NCBI GenBank assembly: GCA_965644265.1
Contig: OZ286459.1
Span: forward strand, 51,398,001-51,462,000
Source: Glycera tridactyla
Taxonomy: Eukaryota
Direction: 5' to 3'
Length of the DNA stretch: 64,000 nucleotides
Shown: piece after piece, positions 35,687 through 47,400 of the stretch
Position numbering within the stretch: the first letter of the stretch is position 1
Layout of the letters: the number at the start of each line of letters is the position of its first letter
Notes under the pieces: generated by a model
The model's database searches: none
Told to the model about the DNA's origin: nothing
Seen by the model: the letters and a program-made list of their open reading frames with translations, nothing else
Program-made: the position numbers and the translations under genes

Positions 35687-37879
35687 ACTGCAGATATCCG
35701 AACTCCAGAAGTAATATTACCTTCGAGGGTCATGGGAGGGTACTGGTTAGGGGCGTGCAACTATATGGGAAGATCGGACATTGACCACAAACTGCATTAA
35801 TTTGTATGATCTTCCGGGTATTCTCCGATGCCATAAAAATTTCTCTCTTCCATTTCATCAAGATTTGGAGTGTTTTCAGTTTGCCAATCTGCTAAGAATT
35901 CCGGAAAGGCACACTGCTATAGTTTCAGGATTTTCCATGAAGAGCGCAGCTGATGACTTAAACGAATGCAAGAATTAGAACTATAAAGTGCATGCCATCT
36001 CTTTCTATTTCACTTCAGCTGCATTTTGCAGAGCCAAAATACTCGCCATTGGAGGATGTTTCTACCTCATAATATGGCTGATCATAGGTGCCATCACCAT
36101 TCGTCAGTTTTCTGAAATGTTCTTGGTGAAATGACTCGGGCATTCCACAAACAATGACAAAATATCATTGCCCTCTATTCATAATTTTATTCTGGTTCAT
36201 TTTTGTCCTTATCGTGGGAATCTATCGTGGGTTTTCTGTTCATCAATCTGTAGAATCGGTCATCCCTCCAGACATCTACAGCAAGATTTCAGATACCTAC
36301 ATCACCTGCTGACAGCATTTGAGGGGCCCACGATGAGGTTCGACACTATGGAAATCAAAGATATGGCATGTATGTCTGCATGCCCAAAAACGACACAACA
36401 CTAATATCGTATACGGTGAACAACATCTCTATCATGACCTGTCTACAAAGTTCACTCTATGGAATACACTCAGGTGACCAGGAGAGTGGAGCCAAGCCGA
36501 CAGAAATACTAAATGAACGGTAGGTATTTGATATGGCATGCTGGTTCCGGTGCTTGTTATGCTTGTTTCCCGAGCTCCGGTTGGTATCAAGTGACAACGT
36601 AAGCAAATACACTGGATCAATTAAGATTCACCCCGTGTTGATCCCTTCGTGATCCTGTCACTCAATAACAAATGCTACCACCTTGAGGACTATTTTTTAA
36701 GAAACAACCTGCAAATCCCATATGCCATCATCGTCTTTGCTAAAATACCATCCTCTGAACACTGTAGAACATTGCATTGATGTGAAAGGATCTTTGTGGT
36801 TGAACAGTTCGATCGACCATTGGCTTTTGAAGCAATCATATCGATTGATCATATGTTTTGTGCTGATTGCCAAACAATGCGGCTTTTTCGAACAGTAGCA
36901 TTGCTCAGAAAACATAGAATCGCCGAAGTCGATCTCCATCCAATTCTTGCGGTTTGACCATAGATGAATCATGTGTTTGGATCAAGCAATTATTATGGGC
37001 ATTATTATGTCCATCCCACGTTGAGCAGCAATATTGTCACTGAACTGGCACAATGCTGTAGTTCAAGGATTATTCATGAACAGCGCAGTTGATGACTTAA
37101 ACAAATGCAAGAATCAAAACCATGATAGATGGCGTACCAGTCTGGACACGGTTCGTTTCTTGGGAAGAATGATTGAATTTCGTAGTGCAAATGGGTTATA
37201 ACAGGCCTGAAGCCTAAATGGATATTCTCATATTCATACCCGTGATGGCACAGGGACTAACGACTTTACAATTGGAACGATCAAACTCCCACAATATGGA
37301 TACAGATTCTGACACTGATGAGGCTTCGCAAATTATCAAAATCGTACAGGTATAGCTTCGACACTGAAAGCACAATCGTCTAAACCAAAACGCAAGCAAG
37401 ATGTGGTATCACCTCTTGATCCTTCAATCAACTCAAAATCCAGAAAGACTGCACAAAATCAAAATGCCACTAAGTGGTAGTAGTAGTAGTAGTAGTTGTT
37501 CAGAATCTGATGATGAGTGTGATGATGAGGATAGTTTTGAATCGAATGACGAAACTTCACTCGAGAGTGAACCATCCACACTTTCCGCTAGCTCGTTTTG
37601 CTTAGCTAGCCACGCCTGTATGCTGGCTCGCCGGTAACAGTTGGTCCTCTTTGAGAAACCGTAATCCATCCACCAAGGAGCATGCAACTCCAACAGAGTC
37701 GCTGTCTGCCACCAATTTTACTATCGCAAATCCCGGCTATATCACACCACATCAGTGCAATACGGGTGCAATGAGCAGTTATCAAGAAGCGGGGCGTCAA
37801 GCAGACTCAGTACTCAAGCTGACCTAGATCTATCTGAAATGTGACAGTCGTTACTCGCAATGCTAGAAGTCGAGGTTAA

Positions 37880-39200
37880 TTCAAATCAATTCAATCCAAA
37901 CAACTTTATTCAAACTCGAAGTGGTACAACATATATACATCCGCATTTAGCTCAAGAGAGCTTTTTACGGCGGTTACGAGTGTGGTTAGTAGGTATTTAC
38001 ATGTATGGTTAGTGAATTTGTACAGCATTCATAAGGCATATTCAATATGATTAACCAATTTAAGTTAAGTTATATGTACACTATGTACAACCAGCACATC
38101 TAATGAGCTGGGCTTATTCTCAAATTTCTATGACTTACAGCAATAGATATAGTGAGGAAGAGAGAAAGTGATAGGAAAAGGTGAGATTGAGAGTTTAGCT
38201 AATAAATTCAATCATTCTCTGGCATTTCACTACTATCTAAGTATATAGCAGGGGGACAGATAGTAGTAAGAAGGAGATGGCAAATTTGCTGTTAAATATT
38301 AGTTATTCCGTATAATAGTTGATAGCACCAGTTCGTGTGATGAGTGACAATACTAGGTGAGAGATTCTAGCTCCCATGGAGATATCATCTTATTCAAGTT
38401 TCTTCTAAAGCTATCAATAGTATTACATTCTCTCAGGTCAGATGGTAGTTGATTCCATAGTTTTGGTGCCCGAGTCTTAAAGTTCCCTTCACTTTTCTTT
38501 AGTCTAACGACTGGAATTGTGAGGCTGCTGCTTGTGCTTGCATGAGTCTCACGGGAATGTGTTTCATGGACATAGGTGAACATATTGCGAATGCTAGGGG
38601 GTGCTTATCTTTCAATCTTTTGAATGAAAAGCAGGCGGTATGTTTTTGTCTTCAATTGTAGAGCCTGTCTAGTTCGAGAGTTGTATGCATCTCGCCAGTC
38701 GATGTTCTTTTGTTGCACATCAAAATAGGTCTCAGGGCAAAATTTCAAATGTTCTGTGGTAGTTGGGCATCGCGTTGTAATAAACTATCATGTGTGAATG
38801 AAAGAGTGTATGATAGTGTAAATACTAAGTTGAAAAACAGTTGTTATTGTCCTAATGTGTACCAATTTTTACTTGTTTGCATAAGCATATAGTATTTCCT
38901 TTGTAAATACCATCCATGTATAATATCTTATGCAATAAAAGATTCTGTATCTGTATCTGTATCTGTAAACAATAACGCAGTAGTCGGAAATAGGGACGAT
39001 AAGCATTTTGTATAGAGTAAAGGCTGTGTTCTTGGACACTATTTGTCATATTCTACCTAAATATTTCACTTTGCTAATGGATCGTGTTTTTATATAGTTT
39101 GCGTGATCAATGAAATATAGAGTTGGGTCTAGTAAAAGTCCTGAGTACTTAAAGCAATAAACTCTTCAACTTTCTCGTCCCCATATTCGACCACTGCATG
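37880..39200 (-). mobile_element. 3' part of a CR1/L2-type LINE-e related to LINE-a, with small internal insertion(s) at ~38780-38967
   Basis: 38980-39200 aligns by eye to 1-200; RAPKLWNQLPSDLRECNTIDSFRRNL C-terminus; AATAAAGTTGTTTG-GATTGAATT tail at ~37880-37915. Confidence 0.8.
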
Positions 39201-39989
39201 GACTAATCCCCATATATCAGATATCAATCCCCAAGGATCCGAATCCTTGCAAGGCTTTCAAGGGTGTAGCTCTTTGATGTCATCCACTATCTCTTGGTAT
39301 CATCATCTACTACTACTACTACTACTACTACTACAAGCAACATCGCCAAAACCTCTCTGAATGGACAAGACATTTATTATCAACAAATGGCTATATCGAG
39401 CATCATCTCCAAGAGGGACTTGAGACTTCAAGTCTAGCATTCTGTAGGATCGAGTCATGGTATAACCAGGGTGTGCCCATCAGGAGAAAAGGTTATGGTC
39501 CTGCTACTTATGTAAACAGAGAGCGGAGCGTATACAGGTCGATTTCTGGGATTTCCTGGCATTGCACAATCAACAAGGAAGTGTGGCTACTGGATCCTGG
39601 AATTTCCTTGCTAATGCAAAACACCTTGTCCAATCAGGATAACCTCTCCCTGTGGATCTTTGAAGATCACCCCCAGAAGCACCTCTGTACCGACTTCAGA
39701 TTCATCAGTGTGTAGAGCGGTTGAGCCAGTTACTATAGATAGTATGTTCAATGAGATCTCAACCATCAGTGCCAGATGTGGATCCGTTTGAAGGCTCTGC
39801 TCCTTTGCCCTGACCCTCACTTCTGGATATCAGAGTCAGTGAGGTGCTTCTTCGATTTCCCCATCATGCCAAGTGATTAACAATCGAAATTAGATCCCAC
39901 AGCTCCAATCTCCCTCCTGGCATTTTCTAATGCCCATAGTCAATGCCAGATGTTCGTGCCCAAATATGTAGCATGAGTAACAGCTGAGC

Positions 39990-40115
39990 ACCACCTGGCC
40001 GTGTACACTCGTGATCACCGTAGAGAGCTCTCATGAGCTAAATGCGGGTTGTATAAATGTTATACTTTTTGACGATTTTAAATAAAGTTGTTTGAATTGA
40101 ATTGAATCGAGTTGA
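39990..40115 (+). repeat. LINE/SINE-type 3' tail, inverted homologue of 37880-37990
   Basis: Shared CACTCGT..GCTCTC.TGAGCTAAATGCGG..AATAAAGTTGTTTG followed by (AATTG)n. Confidence 0.65.
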
Positions 40116-40434
40116 ATAGGTCCAGCAGCTCGTAGTAGGGCCATTATGCTGCGTTTACACATACGCGGTTTTGCTGCCGTTCACGATACGGACATCCATC
40201 CAGTTCACATCCCGCTCTGCCTTACTACATTCGCATTGATCCCTGATCACATACGTTTGAGTCCGGGCCGGCTATTTCAACCATATCAAGGTTTTTGATA
40301 CAGAGCAAAAACCACGATACGGACAAATTGGCCGTATTATGTCCGTATCGTTCTCTGGTGTGTACGGATCATATTCTGGCATGTACAGATCATTCCCTGG
40401 TGTGTACGGATCATTCCTGTCAAGTTCTGGTGCC

Positions 40435-43400
40435 CACGGTCGAACTATACAAAAATAGTGAAAAAGAATCCCACTACCGTCACTACCACTCCTTCCTACC
40501 CAAGGACGACATCTATGAGAACTACATAGAACTACATAGAACTACCACTCCACATCGTCGGATCTGCGCAAGCGCAAATCGTGTTTTCTTTCTTCGCTCC
40601 CTTCGATATGAAGGAAATTCTCTCGCACTCGCGAAATATTCAATTATTTGTGGAAATACTATGCCAGTTGCAATATCAAATGGATAATATATACAATCTC
40701 TGTGGAGTATCAATACTGTGTATACCCATTCCAATTATTGTATTTTGTTGATTGATGTGTCACATTGTCGGTTGTTGCTACATTTGAAATGGCCAGTCCC
40801 ACTTAGACCGACCTGTGATTTTCATATCATTTGCAACCATAGTATTGTGTATCATGTCGTCGCAAAATCATGGCCTATGTGGCCACTTTGTTGCCAAATG
40901 GGACGCGAACCCTCTCTGTCCTTCCTGCAGGCCCTGTGGCAAATCTAAAGACAGTCTTGCAGGGGACTTAGTTTGTGAGGTGTGATGAAATGTGGACCCG
41001 TCATTATGCCAGGAGAACCTATCAATCCAAAAAGCTGTGAGTGTTGGTTGAATGCCTGAAAACGTCCCTTCTAAGCTCGAGCAGGTCCGTTTTGCTCCGC
41101 CAGCTGTTGCGTAACCACTTGTTCAAGTGTCCGATCACTTGTGTGTCAAGGCAGAGGTCGCTCTCTCTTCCTTGGGTCTATCTGAGACGGCGTCAGTCTC
41201 TCATGAGATTACTGGGTCTGGATCTCGGCGTAGTCGGCTAGCCGAGTGTGGAATTTCACCGCGAAGTTCCAACTCTCCGATATGTTCTTCGCTGATTCCA
41301 GATCGTGGTTCTAGTATCTCCAAGAGTAGTTTGGATTCAAATAAATCTCATCATTCTGCACAAAGAAAATCAGATAAAGAATCCAAACATGTTCAAAAGT
41401 CTGTGTTACCGTCTCGAGCCTCAGGGCCGGCACTGAACTCGGCAGTCAAACGTGGATCTGAGGTTGGATTGTGAACGAAGCCAAGTCCGACGAAGCAAGT
41501 CAAACGTTCACATATCTAGGGATACAGTTCAACACATTCCCTTCACTGATCCGTCCGAGTCTTAAACGAGTTCAGAATCTGGAGGGATGGATTCGGCTGT
41601 TTCAGCGTGTGTCCAATCAACCAGCAAGAGCTGTGTTGAGATTGTTAGGTCACATGTCAAGCAAGTCGGACACAGTCAAATTGGGTCGTTTGCACATGAG
41701 GCCTTTGCAGCTGGTGCTCTTGAGTCAATGGCGTCCATTAACGGACAATCCGGACCAGCTGGTGAGGAAGCCACATGAAGTATTGGAAGATCTGAAATGG
41801 TTGAGTTGCCGCATGAACACATATGTGGGAGAACCATCTTTGACTCTGATGACAGATGCGTCTCTGGAAGGATGGGGGCCAATTTGGAGGAGTTTTGTCT
41901 TCAGGAATCAGGGATATGGCTGAAGTCTTACAAAGGTCGATCCATCAATTCTCTGGGCTGGAAGCCATTCTTCTAGCGATACAGAGATTTCCGACAAAAA
42001 ACCTGGGATCAACTCTTCTCATTCTTACAGACAATTTGAAGGTGGTAGCTCATATCCATAGCTCTGCTATGCAGCCTGGCTTGGCAACTCTTTCAGAAGA
42101 CAGAGGAGTTGGATGTCACTTTATGTGCCAGACACATTCCAGGCAAAAGGAATGTGCTGGCCGACTCCCTGTCTCGCCAGGCTCCAGTGCAGACGGAGTG
42201 GGAACTCCCACATTCAATATTTTTGGCAGTGCTGAATCAGTTCAACATGTTTCCCTTGGTGGATCTAATTGCCACCCTTCACAACACCAGGCTGCCGGTG
42301 TTCTTGTGTCCGTATCCGGAGTCAAGAGCCCTGGCAGTGGATGCTCTATCCATGTCCAGAATCTTGGACTGGCATACATCTTTCCACCGACAGCATTGTT
42401 GAGGGATGTGCTGAACGAGCTGAGGGGAATAGAAATGACTCTGATATGCATTGCTCCGTGGTGGCCAAACCAGTCTTAGTTCCTGGATCTGCTGAAACTG
42501 TCAATAGACCTTTCGATTTTACTGCTGCTCCCTTGGGACCTGTTAAATCAGAAGATCAGAGGGACAGTAGTAAATCACAGCAAGCCACAAGTTCTATGTC
42601 TTCAAGCCTGTCTATCAGGAATGCCCTCCCCAGGAAAGGTTTCTCTTCAAAGACAGCAGAGCGGAACTCTAAATCGATTAGACAATCTACATCAAAAGTC
42701 TACGATTCGAGATGGAATAGGTGGGAATCATGGTGCAGAGAACACTGAGTGGATAGAGAGTGTCCCTCTGTTGTGGAAGTGAGTGAATTCTTAGTGGTTC
42801 TCTGGGAGTCAGGCCTAGCCCTAGAGACCATAAAAGGCTATCGCTCTGCTATTGGATCAGTCACATCTAGATGTGGCGTCAAGAATTCCCGCTCAGAAGA
42901 GCTCTCTGACCTTTTGAAGACTTTTTCTCTGGAGAGACCGGCGATTCAGAAGACCATTCCTCAATGGGACGTGTCTTTAGTCCTTCAATTTCTTAAGGGT
43001 CATCCTTTTGAGCCCTTGGAAGATAGTCTTCTCATTCATCTTTCAAAGAGAATGGTCTTTCTGATCCTCTTGGTTACTGGAAGACGCCAGAGTGAACTCC
43101 ATGCTCTCTCTGGTATCTCAGAGGCAGTTAGATTCACAAGGGACCTGTCTAGGGTCACTCTTGTTGGAGAACCAGGTTTCTTGGTCAAAAACCAACAACC
43201 TGTTCGTTCTTCTCCTATTATAGAAGTTCCAGCACTTTCTGGTACCCCAGGGGTATCTCAAGATGATTTGACCCTTTGCCCTGTTAGGGCATAGGAATGC
43301 TTTCTGCGCAGGTCTTCACCGTTTCGTAAAGACAGGCGTAAATTGCTCTTCGATCCCTCTTCTATTTCTTCCAAAGAAGTAAGAGTAGATCATCTTTCCA

Positions 43401-43760
43401 GGTGGATTGTTGATGTTGTAAAGGGAGCTTACCTTGCTGCTGGTCAGAAACCAGAAGGTATTCTTTCTGCTAATGGAGAATCTTTAACAGGTCATGTTCT
43501 GTTGAGGATAACATGAAATCCGCCTTCTGGAGATCCCATTCTACTTTCGGGAATTATTATTTAAGGGACAAGTGTGGTCAAGCAATGAGCCTATATTCTT
43601 TAGGTCCTGTTGTTGCTGGCCAGGCGGTGGTTTTTCTGCCAGTCTCTCAATCTTAATTGAGAGATCAAGGCTGCCATCCAGTTTTTATTTGGATGCTAAA
43701 TTTGGAGGAGATGGCAGGTTACATGTTCCCCCCCCCCCAGGTTCGTTCACTAGCCTGGGT
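40435..43760 (+). mobile_element. DIRS1-like retrotransposon D (partial left ITR, gag N-terminus, gag-to-RT deletion, RH, MT, YR, ICR)
   Basis: MSSQNHGLCGHFVAKWDANPLCPSC at 40854; TYLGIQFNT, TDASLEGWG, HIPGKRNVLADSLSR, VDLIAT, YIFPP; YR at 42269-43660 (TGRRQSELH, LCPVRA); ICR 43695-43760. Confidence 0.9.
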
Positions 43761-44440
43761 GTTAATACCGTACCTGTCTCTCCCTCAAATTCTGCATCCC
43801 CCATGCTAAACTACCTACGCTCGAACTTCACAACAAATAAATAGAAATTCTATTTATAGTCTTGGACCTAGCCATCCTGCATATCGCCACCTAGCGTATC
43901 TACTGCAAACCAGGCGCGCTTCGTATTTTCTTGTTTCGGCCATTTGTCAAAGTCTGACTTGAAAATTCCCCACGGTTTTTCGCTATACCTACGCAAGTCG
44001 CTACAGTTGGAATAGTTTCGCGTTATTGATTAGTTTGCTGAGTGTGAAGGTTGTGAATCATTCTCTCGTCAAAGCAGCGAATTAACTTCGTTGTGCGGAC
44101 GCCCATTGGCACATGCTGACATGCGTCAGTGCTGTTGTTCAATTTGTGACAACCTTGCCGTCTTTGCTGACATGTTGTTCAATTTGCAACTACATTGATC
44201 TCGAAGCACGGCTGTGTGGCATACCCTGTCGTCTCCAGTATTGTTATGTATGCTGGTGTTGTTCAATTTGCAACTACTTGGAGTGCTGTCAAATTAACAA
44301 TCAAGGACCCAGCCTGTGTATTCATCAGCACTCTCCACCCACCTTGCCATCTGTCAGTCTGTTCAATTGGAACAACTGCATCAATATATACCAGAACATA
44401 GATTGTGTTGTTCATGTGAAATGGTCACTGTACAGTGATC
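43761..44440 (+). mobile_element. Left ITR + almost complete 5' UTR of a G/E-family DIRS element
   Basis: Aligns to the reverse complement of 60770-61494 from GTTAATACCGTACC to GGTCACTGTA(C/T)AGTGATC. Confidence 0.88.
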
Positions 44441-47400
44441 CCCCCAGGTTTGTTTCTCTAACCTGGGGTTCAATACTTACCCATTTCTCCCTCAAATAAA
44501 GCATTCCCTGGGCTGATAGGCCTACGTGCGAACATTACAACTATACGAATAAAAATTCGTAGACTGAAACCTCCCTCCGCCACCGTCCTAAGCCACCAGG
44601 TGGCTACCATGCCAGGTCACATCCTGTCTCCCTAATACTTCAACATCTACAGCCGGGCGGACGGGAGGGAAAATCCATTTGAGGGAGAAATGGGTAAGTA
44701 TTGAACCCCAGGTTAGAGAAACAAACCTGAGGGGGGGGGGGTTCAATCACTGTACCATTTCTCCCTCAAATCAAGCATGGAATAACCCATGGATGGCGGG
44801 CATAGAAGCTTACACGCCGTGTCTCTCAGGATCTAATACCTTCTTGAAGGTAAAATAAAAATAAGAATCCCCGAGTATTCACGACAGCCACTATTGTTAT
44901 ATACACCACAATGTACAAAATATACAACAGACAAAGTAAGCCCCCCAAAACATAGCTACTCATGGGACAGAGGGAGGCTATATTACAGCCTGAGTGACCA
45001 CAATAGGACCCAGCAAATATAGGTCAAGAGCTTGACCGCACATGTCATGGAGGTAAAATCTAGCAAAAGTGTTGCTAGACCTCCAGTATGCGGCCCTCAT
45101 TAGGACATCGACCGGGCACGCATGATTCAGGGACCTCCAAGATGTTGAAAGGCCCGAATTTCATGTGCTGAGATCGAGTCCTGAGGCAATGAAGACTCCG
45201 AAGAGTCTTATGCTGACATCACCAGCTGCTGAATCCATAATGAGATACGGTCAACTCGGATCTCGGACCTCGCTGACTCACTGGGAGGAATAAACAATCG
45301 ATAGATAGATCCCACTGAGGGGTTGGCTTCACTGACACTGCTCTCTCCAGCTCAAAGTTACTCTGTAAGGCTTTCATTTCGCGACTATTCAAAACATCAC
45401 AAGAAGTGTACATGAAAACTGACTGAAGCACATTCCTATGGCCCCAGGTAGTAGCTGGCTCAAAAAAGAGAGAGAAACATCTACAACATCTGGGGAAGAG
45501 GGATTCTTTGGATCCACCCTTTGCGATTCACACCAGGAGAACCACCTCTTCCATCTGGATTTGTACACGCGTTCAGATGAGGGACAGATAGATGTTGAGA
45601 TCCGCTCGACTGCCTTTGTCAAGTAACCTTTGCTGGAGAGGGCACCCCGGACAGACACCACGCGGTCAGATTCATGACCTGTGGTCTGAAGTGATGCATT
45701 CTTCTTCCCCGTACCACTTGAGTTAGGAGGCTCCTTGGAAGAGGTAGCTCCCAAGGAAGATCGATAGATAACTCCAGGAAATCTGGAAACCATGACTGAT
45801 TCGGCCACCAGGGGGAATGCAAATCAGTATGGTTTCTAGACTGGGATCCAGACTGGGATCAAAGCCGTGGGTGGGAATACGTAAGCAATCTGAAACTGAT
45901 CCCAAGGAGTTGACAGTGCGTCCACCAACAGAGCTCCTTGGGCCGGAAAGGGACAAATGAACACAGGAAGTTTCTTGTTCAGAGGGGTAGCCATCAGATC
46001 GACAGTGAGAGAGAGGTTGAATGAGTGTAGGACTCCCAGAAAAACTGACATGTCGAGTTCCCATTCTGGTTTTACTGGTTTCGACCTTGACAGAGCGTCT
46101 GCCAAGATGTTTCGTTTTCCTGGTATATGTCTGACCAGAACGAATGCAGACAACTCCTCCATCAGCATAAAGATTATCCAAGCAAGGCCACACAACAGGG
46201 ATGAATGGGTGCCACCCTGCTTGGACAAATAAGCCACAGCTGTGGCATTGTCTCAAAGAATCAGAACTGTATGACTGCCGATGTGAGGAGAAAACTCCTT
46301 CAAGGCCAGATAAACGGCTTCGAGTTCCAAGGCATTGATTGAGCGACCCCTCCTGGCTAGAGGCCACTCTCCTGAGATCTGTATGAGATTCCCTCCAACT
46401 GTCAGATGTGCACCCCAACCTGTCAATGACGCGTCTGTTGTCAGTGTCAATGTTGACTGACCAGGATGCAGCAGTACTCCCCGATAGATATTGTTCTTGT
46501 CTCTCCACCAAGAAATGATATGCAAAACTTCTTTGGGTATGATAACCATCTGTTCCAGAGAATCCATGAATGGTCTCCACTGTGATAGCAGAGCCATCTG
46601 GATTGGGCGCATATATAAACGACCAAGGTGCACAAGGTCCACAAGACTGGACATGTGGCCCAACAATTTGAGGACCGCTCTGGCTGGTTGTTGAGGCCTG
46701 CGGATGAATACTTTGGCAGCCAGGATCAGCCTGTCCACTCTCTTCAATACTGGATGAACCAAACCAAGGTGAGTGTCAAATTCTATCCCCAGGTAAGTAA
46801 AGGACTGACTTGGTGGTAGATCCGACTTTGCCATATTGATTATCCACCCGTGTGGTTGCCAACTTGAGATTATATTGAAGCTGAATCTGGAGACCTCTGG
46901 ATCTTGGTGCCTCAACAACCAGTTGTCCAGATAAAAATGGACATTGATTCCCTGCTCATGCAAATGGTGAACCATAGTAAAGACTCTCGGTGCTGTGTTT
47001 AGCCCAAAAGGAAGCGCTTGAAACTGGTAAGCTTCTTTTGCGGACACCGCGAAGCGCAGATACTTCTGATAATCTAGATTCATAGGTTCATGGAAGCATG
47101 CGTCTTTTAAGTCGATGGAGATGATCTAGTCGCCTAGAACTACTGACTTTATCACTGACGTGGCCGTCTCCATCTTGAACTTTTGGTTGTACACATAAAA
47201 GTTCACCGGTTTGAGATTTATAACTGGTCTGAAGCCTCCCGTCGCCTTCAAGACCAGGAACACATTGCAGTAGAACCCCTTCTGCTCTCACAGGTCCACT
47301 GGAACTACTGCTTGTTTGTCTATCATGCTCCTGATCTCTGAGAGCAGCGCCTCCCTCTTCTCCTCTCCCTTGGGGAGTGAAAAGGGCGAAAAGATTTTCG

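Noticed and set aside
39340-39990. Protein-like frames (39473-39820)
   Set aside because: Multiple stops and no recognisable motif; not supportable as a gene.
40140-40430. GCTGCGTTTACAC start and 21-bp triple repeat as a Harbinger-type MITE
   Set aside because: No matching second terminus or TSD was found in the window.
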